A stretch of 64,000 bases of DNA, taken from contig NC_068981.1 of the NCBI RefSeq assembly GCF_001194135.2, forward strand, positions 124,818,137 to 124,882,136, in the 5' to 3' direction. Made by a program: the position numbers and the translations under genes. Under the pieces are notes generated by a model. That model did no database searches, was not told the origin of the DNA, and worked only from the letters and a program-made list of their open reading frames with translations. Of this stretch, positions 40,560-53,366 are shown one piece after another; positions within the stretch are counted from its first letter, which is position 1, and every line of letters starts with the position of its first letter. The DNA comes from Octopus bimaculoides (taxonomy: Eukaryota).

Positions 40560-40915
40560 TAGGCAGCAACCATGTTAGGATACCGACTTGAAGAGCTTAG
40601 TCAAATAAATCAACCCCAGTATTTTTTAAATCCAGTACTAATTCTATTGATCTCATTTGCTTATCCACCAAGTTACAAGACATAAACAAGCCAACACTGG
40701 ATGTCAAATAGTGGGGGAGGGGGACAAACAGAAACACACACACACACACACACACACACAACAGGCCTCCACATAGTTTCCATCTACCAACTTTACACCA
40801 AGGTATTGGTCAGCCTGGGGCTATTGTAGAAGATGTCCAAGAAGCTGCATAGTGGGGCTGAACTTGAAACACCATGGTTGCAAAATGAGCTTCTTAACCA
40901 CATGGCCATGACTGT
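40560..40915 (-). mobile_element. SINE family A copy
   Basis: Decayed reverse-strand copy with central (CA)n and cttcttaaccacatggccatg head. Confidence 0.65.
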
Positions 40916-41961
40916 GTCTAACAAACCTTTCTTGCAGAGCAGGAAAAAAAAATATAATAAAAAGCAAAATCTGAAGCTGAAGACCTTGGTGATGCAACAT
41001 AGTACTACTATCAACAAAACATCACAAAAGGTTTAGGAGTGCTGGAACATTTTTGATTGTAGTGGTTTTGACAGGTTTGCTCAACCAGCAACAATCACTA
41101 CCCTGTGAGATAGGAGTGGAATTTTCCCCCATCCACAGTCATGTAAGTTGAACTAAGCATGATTATGTAGCTAACTAAATGGCACGATGAAATAGCTAAA
41201 GGAAAATCTGAACTTATGATCATATAGTGAATAATCAAGCACTATAACCCTCTGTAGTTGTAGTATGCCCTACAATCATGAGATTTCAATGATTATGACA
41301 TAAAATTAACACCTAAAGCATAAATTTATTAACTATAGTTCTTTTTTCTCTAGCCAATTTTAGCAAATTTTAAAATTCTAAGGGGAATGTGCATGGCAGT
41401 AGCTAACATAGGAGAACACTGGGCTCATTACATTCTATAATTTACATGTACTAGTTTGAGTGAATGAGACTATTCTGGGGCACCACCAGCAAAAAGTATA
41501 ATCAATATTATTGCCCTCAGTAAGCTGACAGAATCATTAGCATGTCAGGCAAAATGGTTAGCAGCATTTCATCCATCTTTACATTCTGAGTTCAAATTCT
41601 GCTGAGGTCAACTTTGTCTTTCATTTTTCAGGGTCAACAAAATAAGGACCATGTTGATTACTAGGGTCAATGTACTCAACTTACCTCTCCTCCTCGAAAT
41701 TGCTGGCTTTGTGCTAAAATTTGAAATTATTATTGTCACCCTCCCACTAACACCCCAGTACTTGGCTGATAATTATTTTATCAATAATGATGGGAAGCAA
41801 AGTCAATTTGAGATGGGATTTGAACTCAGAATGCAAAGAAATGTATTTTGTCTAACACTTTAACAGAATCTGCCAACCATTCTTCTCTAACATATGACCA
41901 TTTCATTATTATTATTATTTCAAATATGGTGATGGTTAATTTATGATTGTGTTCGTTTTCT

Positions 41962-41992
<31 letters not shown>

Positions 41993-44900
41993 TGAAGCTA
42001 CCATCACCACCAGTAGCGTTAGTATTGTCCTTCCAGCTCTTTATGTTCTGAGTTTAAATTCTGTCTTTTATCTCCTTCTGGCATCAGTAGAATAAAGTAC
42101 CAATCCAGTACTGAAACTGATGTAATCAACTAACCCTCACTACTAAAACTGCTGAACTTGTGCCTAAATGAGAAATAAATATCATAATCATTATTATTTA
42201 TCTTTTATGCTTCTGAAATGATTAAAATTCTATTTTCAGTAATATACTGGAGTTGAATTTATTAACACCTTTGCTCTACACAAAATGAAATTTAGACTTA
42301 TTTAAGAAATCAGTAAATGAAAAATTTAAAGAAAACTGATTTGCCAAGTTACATCTAACTTTCCTACCTAAGTCTCTAGAAAACAAGTAAAACTGCAACT
42401 ATACTAAAATCAAAAGAAACCTCTGGCAAGCTGATATCCTTTCCGTTAAATAACAACTATCAATCATGTGTGTCAGACACTGTTTCTGTATTATTGTGAC
42501 GCTAGTAAATTATCATAGTTATGGACCTTTGCATTGTGTTCAACCCATCGTTTTTTTGTGGCGCAAAAATAATTCTAAAGCATTTCAAAGAACATTAGAA
42601 AAAGACAGGAAAATGAAAGAAAATATCCTGGACAACATTATGATTATTTAAAGAAATAAAAAAAAAAAGGAAAAAAAGAAAGTGACAAAAAGTTAATCTC
42701 TCTATGAAAGGAACTATGAAGAATATTCAGTAAAAGAAACACCAAGAAATAATTATATTAGATCAAGCATGGATCAATATTCATATAAATGTTCTCTTTT
42801 CTTTAAAAAGAAAATGAAAAGAGAGTCCATTATTCTGCTGTCTGACAAGATGACTTTTTACCAAATATTTTTTTCCTATTCTTACATCATATTGTAACAA
42901 AATACTACCAAGATTTATTACAGACATCTTGTTTATCTTTAGAGGAATACAGTATTACAGACTTCAGTGATGTAACATAATAACTACTATAAATTGATGT
43001 TTTTACAGACACAAGCACAATAACAATTTAAGAAGATAGAGTAGAGCATCATGTGTAGAGTACCTCTCACTTCTTTACATATAGGATTTAGTTTTATCAC
43101 TCAAGGTATGCCTTCCATTTCCTTAGAGTTGTTTAATACCAGCATTCTAGAAGAGTGTATTCAACTGACCACACAAGCTTTTACTTAGAAAAAAGTAACT
43201 GGTCTTGTACTTACCAAACCAAAAGAGTTGAATGAGAAATCACGAACAGGGAGAAAGGAGTAATAAAAAGTGTATATTAATAACGTTTACCAATTCAAGG
43301 ATTGTAAATCACAAATCAGGAAGAAAAAAAAGTCAGAGTTAAATTCTTGTTGCTTTTCACAGGCCCAAGGAACAACTAAAACTCAGCACTATACTTTTGA
43401 AATACTCCTCAGTTTATATATAATGATCACACTGTCTACAGTAGTACACCTATTTTTCATGTAAACACTTTTTTGAACCACTGAAAATAAGTGTCTGTGC
43501 CAAGGACAAGGTAAACATGTAAATCACCAACTACAATTAAATCGGAAGGATACTACGTTCATTATCATCATTTAACAATTATTTCCCAATGCTGACATGA
43601 GTTGGACAGTTTGACAGGGGGCTGTATCAAGCTCCGATGTCAATTTTGGTATGGTTTCTACAGTTGAATGCACTTCCTAATGCCAGTCACCTAATAGTTG
43701 GTTATGAATTCTCTAAAACAAACAGCTTTGATGAAAATAATTTTTCTAATTTTTAAAAATGAACTAAAACAAATCCAAACAAGAAATCATAATTATTAGC
43801 ACTAACATGTTACCAAAACTGGGTGGTTTTCAGATTCACCTATGCCTCATTCCCAATAATAACATTGGTTACTTCTCCAGAAGATTTTCTTTAGCTGTAG
43901 TTAGGCTAGGATAGGGTAAAAGTCAAACCTTTCTCAATACTAAGATATGAAGACATTGTAAGTGGGCAGTGTCAACTGTCTCGGCTAATACACGAGTGTG
44001 GCTGTGTAGTTATTAAGAAGCTTGCTCTTCCAAACCATGCAGACTCACGTTCAGTCCCACAATCTGGCACCCTGAGTAAGTATTTTCTACTATAGCCCTG
44101 GGCGAACCAAATGTCTTGTGAGTGGATTTTTTAGACAGAAACTAAAGAAAGCTGTCTGTTTGTGTGTCTATGTTTACTGTAATTATATCAGGTGATGGTT
44201 GTAAGCAAGTATCACTATCATACAAACAATATTGTTCTTTTCCAATCTTCCATGGAAAAACACATTTGGCCATGAGAAATATTATCTTAGTTGGAAACAG
44301 ATGAAGGTTGGTTACAAGAAGGTCAACCAGCCATAGAAAATCTGCCTCAACAAATCTCTGACCCGTGGAAAAGAAAATACTATATGATGATGATGAAATG
44401 AATATTACAATAATAGAAAGCAATTTTTTTTACATTTTACTTATTTCAGCCATTTGACTGCAGCCTTGTTGAAGGTCTCAAATTTTGGTCAAAGGCCAGT
44501 AATTTTAGGGGAAGAGGTAAGTTGATATCAATTTCAGAGTTCAACTGATCCTTATTTTATCAACCCCAAAAGATGAACTTAGAATGTAAAGTCAGAAAGA
44601 AAAAATTTTTGTTAAGTATTTTGTCTGGTACAGTAACAATTCAGCTCCTGGCCTTCCAATGCTCAATAATAATAATAGAAATAAACAATGATATGCAAAT
44701 TTATGCTTAAAATACATTTAGTCTTGGTGCAAAAAAATATTTGATATTTTAACCTTAATTATTTTAAGTAAGCCCATTGTGACAATTCCAAAAATATTTT
44801 CAAAGTTTATGGGCTTCATAGTGAAACAGAAGTGTAGAACACCACTTCAATGAAATTATCAAAGTGTAGAGCTATCAAAAAGCAAATGCTCTAATGTACT

Positions 44901-45984
44901 TTCACTTGGTGAAGCTCATAAATTTCAAAACTAGTCACAAAGTTGTTGACTCTTCACTTGTCAAACAGATTTGGGATCATAAACACAATGTTACTGAACA
45001 GCAAGGTTTAAATTATGTTAAAAGCAAGCCAATCTATTAAAAATATTAAATATGTTTTCACATATATGCTTAATAGAAGAAAATATCAAATAAGAACTGT
45101 TTATATGGTAGTCAGATTAACAAAAACAAAATTCAAAAATTACTAAATTAAATCCCATACTAGTTTCATAAAGATATTAATATCATTCTTTCAAAGAAAA
45201 TCAGATATATTAGTCTGCCAATATAAAGTGGATAGAAAAAATTTAAACATACAGATGTATGTAAATGCATGAAAAGCTCCAAAACAGAATTGACGTAAAC
45301 ATTATGAAAAATTTTGTAAACTTTTGATCTATAGGATCCTGTGGTTTCTGTATTGTAATTACAGCTTAGAAGTAATTAGAATTATGTAAACCATAACTGA
45401 AAGCAAAATAGAGAAAATCAACAAACAAAAATTAAGTCTATGATGTAAAACTAACCAGTTAACCCAGCAGAAGGTCAGCAAGGTCAGACTAATCCACTGG
45501 TTAAAGTAATTATTAGCAAACAAAAGAAGTATTTTCTTCTAAGTGAATCAGAGAGAATGATTTTCATCTGGNNNNNNNNNNNNNNNNNNNNNNNNNNNNN
45601 NNNNNNNNNNNNNNNNNNNNNNNNNNNNNNNNNNNNNNNNNNNNNNNTATTACTATTTTTTTACTTTCCTAATATTGGTTTTATTTTTTGTTTTAACCTT
45701 AAACTTATTGTTTGATGAAATGCCAAGTGTCACACTAGTCTCAGAAACAGAACCAAGGGCACACAAAGTCATTAAATTGTGCAAGTATATCACTAAAAAT
45801 AACACATCCCAAGGATATACCAATAATGATCAGAAGCTTGTTAGCTTATGAATATTAAGTGGAAAAGAAAACTCAACCATAAAACAGAAAGCTATTTATG
45901 CATTTAAATAAAGGCCAAATGAAAAAGAAATAAAAGAGCAGAAAATTACTAGCGGATTTATGTTTTCTAGAAGTCTCAGCTGGT

Positions 45985-46530
45985 GAAACTGGATCAGGGT
46001 TGATAAAATAAAAAAAAAGAAAATACCAGTTGAGCACTGAGGTTGATGTAATCAACTCCCCACACTAAAAAGTGCAGGCCTTGTGCCTGCAGTAGAAAGG
46101 ATTATTAGCATTGTTAAGGTAGCAAGCTGGCAGAATCATTAGCATGCCGGGCAAAATGCTTAGTGACATTTCATCGGCCTTTACATTCTGAGTTCAAATT
46201 CTGCCAAGGTCAACATTGCCTTTCATTCTTTTGGGATCAATGAAAAGAGTACCATTTAAGCATTGGGATTAACGCTATCAACTTACCAGCTCCCGCAAAT
46301 TTGCTGGCTTTGTGCCAACATTTGAAATTATTATTATTAGCGAGCTGGCAGAATTGTTAGCACACCAGGTAAAATGCATAGCGATATTTCATCCGTCTTT
46401 ATGTTCTGAGTTCAAATTCCATCATCCTTTCAGGGTCGATAAAATAAGTACCAATCGAGTACTGGCATCAATGTAAATGACTTATCCTCTCACCCAAACT
46501 TGCTGGCTTTGTACCAAAATTTGAAACCAT
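45985..46530 (+). mobile_element. Head-to-tail cluster of three SINE family B copies (first is 5'-truncated)
   Basis: The gataaaata...taccagt...gccttgtgcc unit recurs at about 45990, 46115 and 46340. Confidence 0.75.
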
Positions 46531-47550
46531 TATTATCATCATTATTACATTTTAAGACATTCCCACATATTTGAGATGGTTCTAGAATTTTATCGTTCAC
46601 TCTTTTTGAGAGATGATACTATGTTTCAGACTACCATGCAACAGTAATAATTTAAACAGAAAAAAAAAATATTTGAAAAAATAACTAAAATATTTGTGAT
46701 AGTGAAAATTTCAGAGATTCTGCAAGTGCTTGAGAATATCTGTGAAAACACCCACTCATATTCTACCTTTCAATGCATCAAACTTGAAATTTAAAAAAGA
46801 AACAAAAATAAAATTATTTCCACTCTCTTTCCTTCTATATTTTCCAATTAAGACTGTCTTCTTTTAAGGTACAAGAACAACAACAATAACAGAAAACTGA
46901 ATACATATCTCTAATACTATACAGTTGCCAAGCATTTCTTTATTAAGTGGATTTTTTTTTTCCTTTCTATAAGTGTTATCTCACAAATCTATTTTGTCAG
47001 TGTTTGAGCTATATCCCAGTTGTGTTTGGTATTCGCTTAATCAATTAAGCTCAACTAATTAATGCAAACAGCTAATGTTAAAATAAAGGTGAACTATCTT
47101 TGGCAAGAAGAAAGAAAAGAAAAGAAAAACATAGAAATGTTAAAAATCTTATCAGAAATGATATAACTAAAGAAAACAAACATCTATGCAATTTGGGAAC
47201 CCTGAAATCTTTTACATTGTAAGAGCAATTTTCCAGACTAATATGTAATTTGAAAATGTTGTAAATTCAAAACATCTGCCTAAACTATCAATATAAATAA
47301 GTCAGTTTTTTCATAAGACCAATCAGATAGGTTTAAAATATCAAATTTCTCTATGGAAACTAAGAGATGTGTATCTTACCTTCCTGCACAATGAAAAGCT
47401 TCTTACTAAAGCTTATCGAAATTTTAAAATAATAACATGCACACCATCTTCAACACTTTCGATACCAAGCCACCTGAGATCACACTGGCTCTATGACACA
47501 AATTTACTGTTTTGAAGTGATCTAAATTATAATCTTCCATCAAAACAGTA

Positions 47551-47941
47551 TTTACTCTTTTACTTGTTTCAGTCATTTGACTGCGGCCATGCTGGAGCAC
47601 CGCCTTTAGTCGAGAAAATCGACCCCAGGACTTATTCTTTGTAAGCCTAGTACTTATTCTATCGGTGTGTTTTTTTTTTGCCGAACCGCTAAGTTACGGG
47701 GACGAAAACACACCAGCATCAGTTGTCAAGCGATGGTGGGGGGGACAAACACACATACATATATATATACATATATACGACAGGCTTCTTTCAGTTTCCG
47801 TCTACCAAATCCACTCACAAGGCTTTGGTCGGCCCGAGGCTATAATAGAAGACACTTGCCCAAGGTGCCACGCAGTGGGACTGAACCTGGAACCATGTGG
47901 TTGGTAAGCAAGCTACTTACCACACAGCCACTCCTGCGCCT
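47551..47941 (-). mobile_element. tRNA-derived SINE, family A; near-complete, young-looking copy
   Basis: The head ggagtggctgtgtggtaag...ggttccaggttcagtcccactgcgtggcaccttgggcaagtgtc carries A/B-box-like motifs. There is a central microsatellite and the tail gtcaaatgactgaaacaagtaaaaga. CpGs are intact. Many decayed copies occur in the window. Confidence 0.85.
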
Positions 47942-50274
47942 AATTTAATTTTTTTAAAATACCTTAATAACGAGAAAGTTATTTTACTAAACTTTGTTAT
48001 TTTAAAAAATTAATTGAAGTGAAAACATTTTATGTCAACAAAAATATGGTAACAAAAGGGTTAAATCATTTTACATCATACAGTAGCCTGAGCTTCTAGA
48101 AAATCAGTTGTTACAAAGCAATACAAATTGTTAATCCCCTCCTATCCATACCTAAGTTTAATAAACAAACTCTTGGACTCTTTCTATAAATGAACTTTTA
48201 TAATTAAATCACAGGGTTGCTCTGCAGGATGTATCCAAGAACAGTCTAGACTAGTTTCAACTGGTTATCTTGTGGTTATAGATGCAGTGATGACTATCTG
48301 ATTAAGAAGCATGCCACATAGTCATGGGGTTTTGGGTTCAGTCCCTCCTCATGCCACCTTGAGCAAGTGTCTTCTACTCTATAGTTCTGGGCTAACCAAA
48401 GCTTTGTGAGCAGATATGGTAGACAGAAACTGAAAGAAGCCCCCTTCTTTCTCTCTCTGTTTGTATGTATCCTTATCTAGAGTTCATGTAAATGAGATAG
48501 TCAGACAAATGAGGTTGTTTGTTTCCAGTCTTCTGTGAAAAACATGTTTAGATATGGGAAAATATTACTTTGCTTGGAATGAGGTGAGGGTTGGCAACGG
48601 GAAGAGCATCTAGCCACAGAAAATCTCATCAGCGTTTAAAGTCCGCTTTCCATGCTAGCATGGGTTGGACAAAATCTGCTTCAACAAATTTCATCTGACC
48701 CATGCAAGCAAGAAAAAGTGGGTGTTAAATGTGTGTGTGTGTGTGTGTGTTTCTTCAAATATAGCCAACTAAAGTCTTGTGAGTTATTTTAGTAGATGGA
48801 AATTGTGCAGAAGCTTATCACATACACAGGTGGGGAGGTCTTCACGTTTGTCCCTCCACCCCATTCTCCTCTGCTTGACAACCTGTGTTTGTATCTCCAT
48901 AACTTAGCAGTACTGGGGCCAATTTGTTTGACTCAACCCTTCAAGACGGTGCCCCACCATGGTCGCAGTCCTATGACTAAAACAAGTAAAGGATAAACGA
49001 ACCACTTAATCAAAAAGGAGGGGAAGTTATCATCAAACTGGAGTCTAAGATTAAATGCTTGCAAGAGAACAGACTCCAGTCAAGGGATCCAAAGATTAGG
49101 AGGAAATGTTAAACCAGGAAATAGATTAACCCTTTAACATTTAAACTAGTCATAACCTGCCCAAATATTTCACCTGCTTTATGTTCAAACTGACCAGACT
49201 GGCCTCTCACACCTATCCTACAATGTCATTCTAAAAATAAACAATCAATCATCAAACTCTCAAAGCTACAAGATAATGCATGATTAATTCAAAACAATAT
49301 GAATAAATATACATTACATTTGACAAAATAATCTGAATGCTGGAGTATCAAGTTCACTAGTAAAGAACAGGAATGGTCTTTCTGACACACTTTAATACCA
49401 TTTCCATCTACCAAATTTCAACTAATGTTTTGGCTAACCTAAGGCTATAATAGAAAGTGCTAACCAGCGGGAGCTGCAAAGTATTATAACAAGCCACTGT
49501 CATACAGTCACTATCAGGAAAACATTTATTATGCAGTAAGAATGATTAATAACTGCCCTAAAAACACTAAAAATATGGGGATGTAATTAAGAACATCTTG
49601 TCATAGATACCAACTTGCCTGAAACAACTCTTGGCTCTGTGATACAAATTCTTTGTTGATCTAAATTAAAACATTCAATTAAAATACATATTAATTTATA
49701 TTCCTCCTAACACCATCGTAATAATGGCAAAGTTATCTTAATAAATTCTTAATTATTTTCAAAAGTAATTGAAACAAAAGAAGTGCATTTCAACAGAAGT
49801 ATGACAACAAAAAAGATAAAATAATGTAACAAATTTTCTCTTAGTTATCAACAAATATTTCTAGAAACAGCACAGTGTCTATCAAATGTTTACCGAGAAT
49901 AAGATAAACCTGAGCAACGCTTCATGTAGATCATGACCAGATTTACTAAGAATCCTAATGTCAAACACTGAAGTGAAATCAAGAACAAAGAGTACCACTA
50001 TGCAACTGATGAAATATGGGATTACTTCCTACAGAGAGTTCAATGCTGGATTAAAAAAAAAAAATCTGAATTAACTATATCTTGATACACATAAAAGCAG
50101 TTCCAAAGTTTGTTGATCCAGCTTAATAGTTTTTTGTTAATGACATCTGAAGAACAGAACATCACTTTACAAACATAATTCAAAATTGATAAAGAGGAAT
50201 GACTGACTAATAGCATTATATAGGCAATCTTGGAGAGTACAAGTATTAAACTACTTGATCACTACTGTTATAAT

Positions 50275-50549
50275 CAGGGCTGTGGAGAGTCAGAAACAAT
50301 TAAGGGGTAGTTGGAGTTGGTAAAACTATACCGACTCTGATTCTGACTCACAATGTCTTTATTTTTTAATATAAACCAGTTATAACATATAGGCTTACTC
50401 AAAGTACAAGCATATGCATATGCTTTATGAGATATGTAGACCACAATCACTTAATTACATAAAGAGGAGTCAATGTTGGAATCGGAGTCAAGGGTGCTAA
50501 TAGTACAGGAGTTGGAGTCAAAGTTTTTTGTTTCGACTCCACAGCCCAG
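50275..50549. mobile_element. Decayed MITE, probably hAT-like
   Basis: Imperfect TIRs cagggctgtggagagtcagaaaca and tgtttcgactccacagcccag, with internal ggagtc/gactc repeats. No TSD is recognisable. Confidence 0.6.
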
Positions 50550-51550
50550 TAACTTTACAGTACTTCTGGGACTAAATGAAAATTTGAAACTAGTTTCAGC
50601 TTGCCAACAAGTGCCCAAGTTGCTTGCTACTCAGTAACTTAAGAGCATAACATGTGACAAAGGAGACCAAATATCTATTTGAAAGTATAGAGCAACATTT
50701 AAACAATTTAACCATTATTTATTTACATACAGGAGCAGGCATAAATGTATAGGTAAGTTGCTTCTCAATCATACTGTCTTGGATTCAGTCTGCCTGTGTG
50801 AAACATGGGGCAAGTGTCTTCTGTTATAGCCTTAGGCTAACCAAAGCCATTCAGTGGATTTGGTAAATGAAAACTGAAAGAAAACTGTTGTATGTGTGTG
50901 TGTGCACGCATGTATACCCTTGTCTTGACATTATGCAATAGTTGTAAACAACCAGGCAATGTTGTTCATTTCCAGTCTTCTGTGAAAAACGTGTTTAGGC
51001 ACAAGAAAATTTAACCTTGCTTGGAAACAGTTGATGGTTGGCAGCAGTAATGGCTTCCAACTATAAAAAAAAAAATCAGCCTCAACAAACTCCCCCAAAT
51101 CCATGCAAGCATGGAAAAGAGGATAGTGAGGATTGTTAATTTAGTACATAAAATCATATGGTTGACTGCACAAAATCTTTGGAGTCAGGTTTACAAAAGA
51201 AACACAAAAGACTTTCATACTTCTAACATGGATATGGTGAGTACTTTTCTATTTTGTACCGAAATATAAAAAGAAACAATAGACATTATCTTATGTGTGT
51301 GCACATGTGTGAGTGAGTATATCTATGCATAAGCAATTGGTACAAATATGACCACACATACACACACATTGTGTGTGTGTGCATAAAAAATCTTTTTCTT
51401 TTACTTGTTTCAGTCATTTAAGTTTGGCCATGCTAGAGCACCACCTGGAAGGGTTTTAGTGAAACAAAATAGCCCCAGGGCTTTTTAAAGCCTACTACTT
51501 ATTCTATCAGTCTCTATTGTTGTATTTCGGGATGGTAAATTTTTTTTTGC

Positions 51551-51880
51551 CAAATAAACACAGGTACTATGTTTGTTTTCTTCACTCATCTATTACTGTT
51601 CTGATCTTATTATTCTAAACTCATGTCCATTGTCCCGAAATCTTTCGTCACACATCTGTGAACTCTTCAGCGACACTTTTCATTTTCATGTGTGTTCTTG
51701 CTCCACTTACTCCAGAGAATGGAGTAAGTGAAGCAAGAACACACACGCAAACGAAAAGTGCTGCTGGAGAGGTCACAGATGTGTGGTGAAAGATTTCCGG
51801 ACAATGGACAGGAGTTAGAGTAATAAAATAAGAACAGTAATAAATGAGTGAAGAAAAAAGTAAATAGTGTGTGTTTATTG
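51551..51880. repeat. Long imperfect inverted repeat (foldback) with 5-nt loop
   Basis: Arms 51578-51714 and 51720-51855 differ at 17 of about 137 positions by manual alignment. The loop is GAGAA and a looser extension reaches 51551/51880. Confidence 0.92.
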
Positions 51881-52436
51881 GGGGGGNNNNNNNNNNNNNN
51901 NNNNNNNNNNNNNNNNNNNNNNNNNNNNNNNNNNNNNNNNNNNNNNNNNNNNNNNNNNNNNNNNNNNNNNNNNNNNNNNNNNNNNNNNNNNNNNNNNNNN
52001 NNNNNNNNNNNNNNNNNNNNNNNNNNNNNNNNNNNNNNNNNNNNNNNNNNNNNNNNNNNNNNNNNNNNNNNNNNNNNNNNNNNNNNNNNNNNNNNNNNNN
52101 NNNNNNNNNNNNNNNNNNNNNNNNNNNNNNNNNNNNNNNNNNNNNNNNNNNNNNNNNNNNNNNNNNNNNNNNNNNNNNNNNNNNNNNNNNNNNNNNNNNN
52201 NNNNNNNNNNNNNNNNNNNNNNNNNNNNNNNNNNNNNNNNNNNNNNNNNNNNNNNNNNNNNNNNNNNNNNNNNNNNNNNNNNNNNNNNNNNNNNNNNNNN
52301 NNNNNNNNNNNNNNNNNNNNNNNNNNNNNNNNNNNNNNNNNNNNNNNNNNNNNNNNNNNNNNNNNNNNNNNNNNNNNNNNNNNNNNNNNNNNNNNNNNNN
52401 NNNNNNNNNNNNNNNNNNNNNNNNNNNNNNNNNNNN

Positions 52437-52619
52437 TCCCCCTCTCATTCTTCCTTCTGTTGCCACTATATCTCTCTCTTTCCCCCTCTCGTTCTTCCTT
52501 CTGTTACTACTATATCTCTCTCTTTCCCCCCTCTCGTTCTTCCTTCTGTTACTACTATATCTCTCTCTTTCCCCCTCTCGTTCTTCCTTCTGTTACTACT
52601 ATATCTCTCTCTTCCTCTC
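52437..52619. repeat. Pyrimidine-rich minisatellite, about 44-bp unit x4, abutting a gap
   Basis: Unit tccccctctcgttcttccttctgttactactatatctctctctt. Confidence 0.9.
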
Positions 52620-53145
52620 GTTGCTCACCTATTTTCTACTTCTTTCCCTTGTTTCTCCCTCTACCACTCTCTCTCCTTAACCCTTGTTGGTCACATGTGT
52701 CCAGTTACTAATTCTTTTCTTCTTTGGCTATCGCCAAGCAAACATACAAACCTACTTCATCCCGCTTCCTTCCAGTTCGTTGCTTCACAGCGTTCGCTAT
52801 ACACGTAATTTTTCACATCTGGCCGTATGGCCTTTTCCGTTTGTTTTCTGTCTGCCACTTCATTCCTCCATGGTACAAATTTAATTTGTAGTCCGTGGGA
52901 AGAGCCATTTTAACGATGCGTCCTGCCCTAACTCTTCGAAACGCCTGTGTTAGAATGGTGGCAGCTGATGAAGGAAAATGTTCTCTATGTGGCCTGTGTG
53001 TTTTCTGTACTCTGGTCATTATTATTTTTTTGTCTACGTTTTGTTTACAACGTCCTGTACCTAGATATGCACCTATATATACAAGTAGATGTAGGTATGC
53101 ACATACTTGTACGTATATATGCATATACTCATTTATTATTTGTTT

Positions 53146-53179
<34 letters not shown>

Positions 53180-53333
53180 TAAATGAGTTTGCTTTAAATG
53201 TGAGCTCAGACGCACTGAGAAACCAATACTGAAAACAGAACAGAAATACATGCAATATGTGCAATCAACAGTTATGTAGAAACACAGCAGCATACTTATA
53301 AGTGAAGGTAATGGCGGTGATGANNNNNNNNNN

Positions 53334-53366
<33 letters not shown>

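Noticed and set aside
43200-43215. Strong isolated minus-strand donors (TTG|gtaagt here, AAG|gtaaga at about 47378, CTG|gtaagt at about 38720)
   Set aside because: No matching acceptor or meaningful reading frame, and such motifs are frequent by chance.
52813-52898. Minus-strand AAAATGG start giving MALPTDYKLNLYHGG, spaced like DYELQEVIG
   Set aside because: There is no GT donor at the required phase-1 position, similarity is weak, and the frame ends in a stop.
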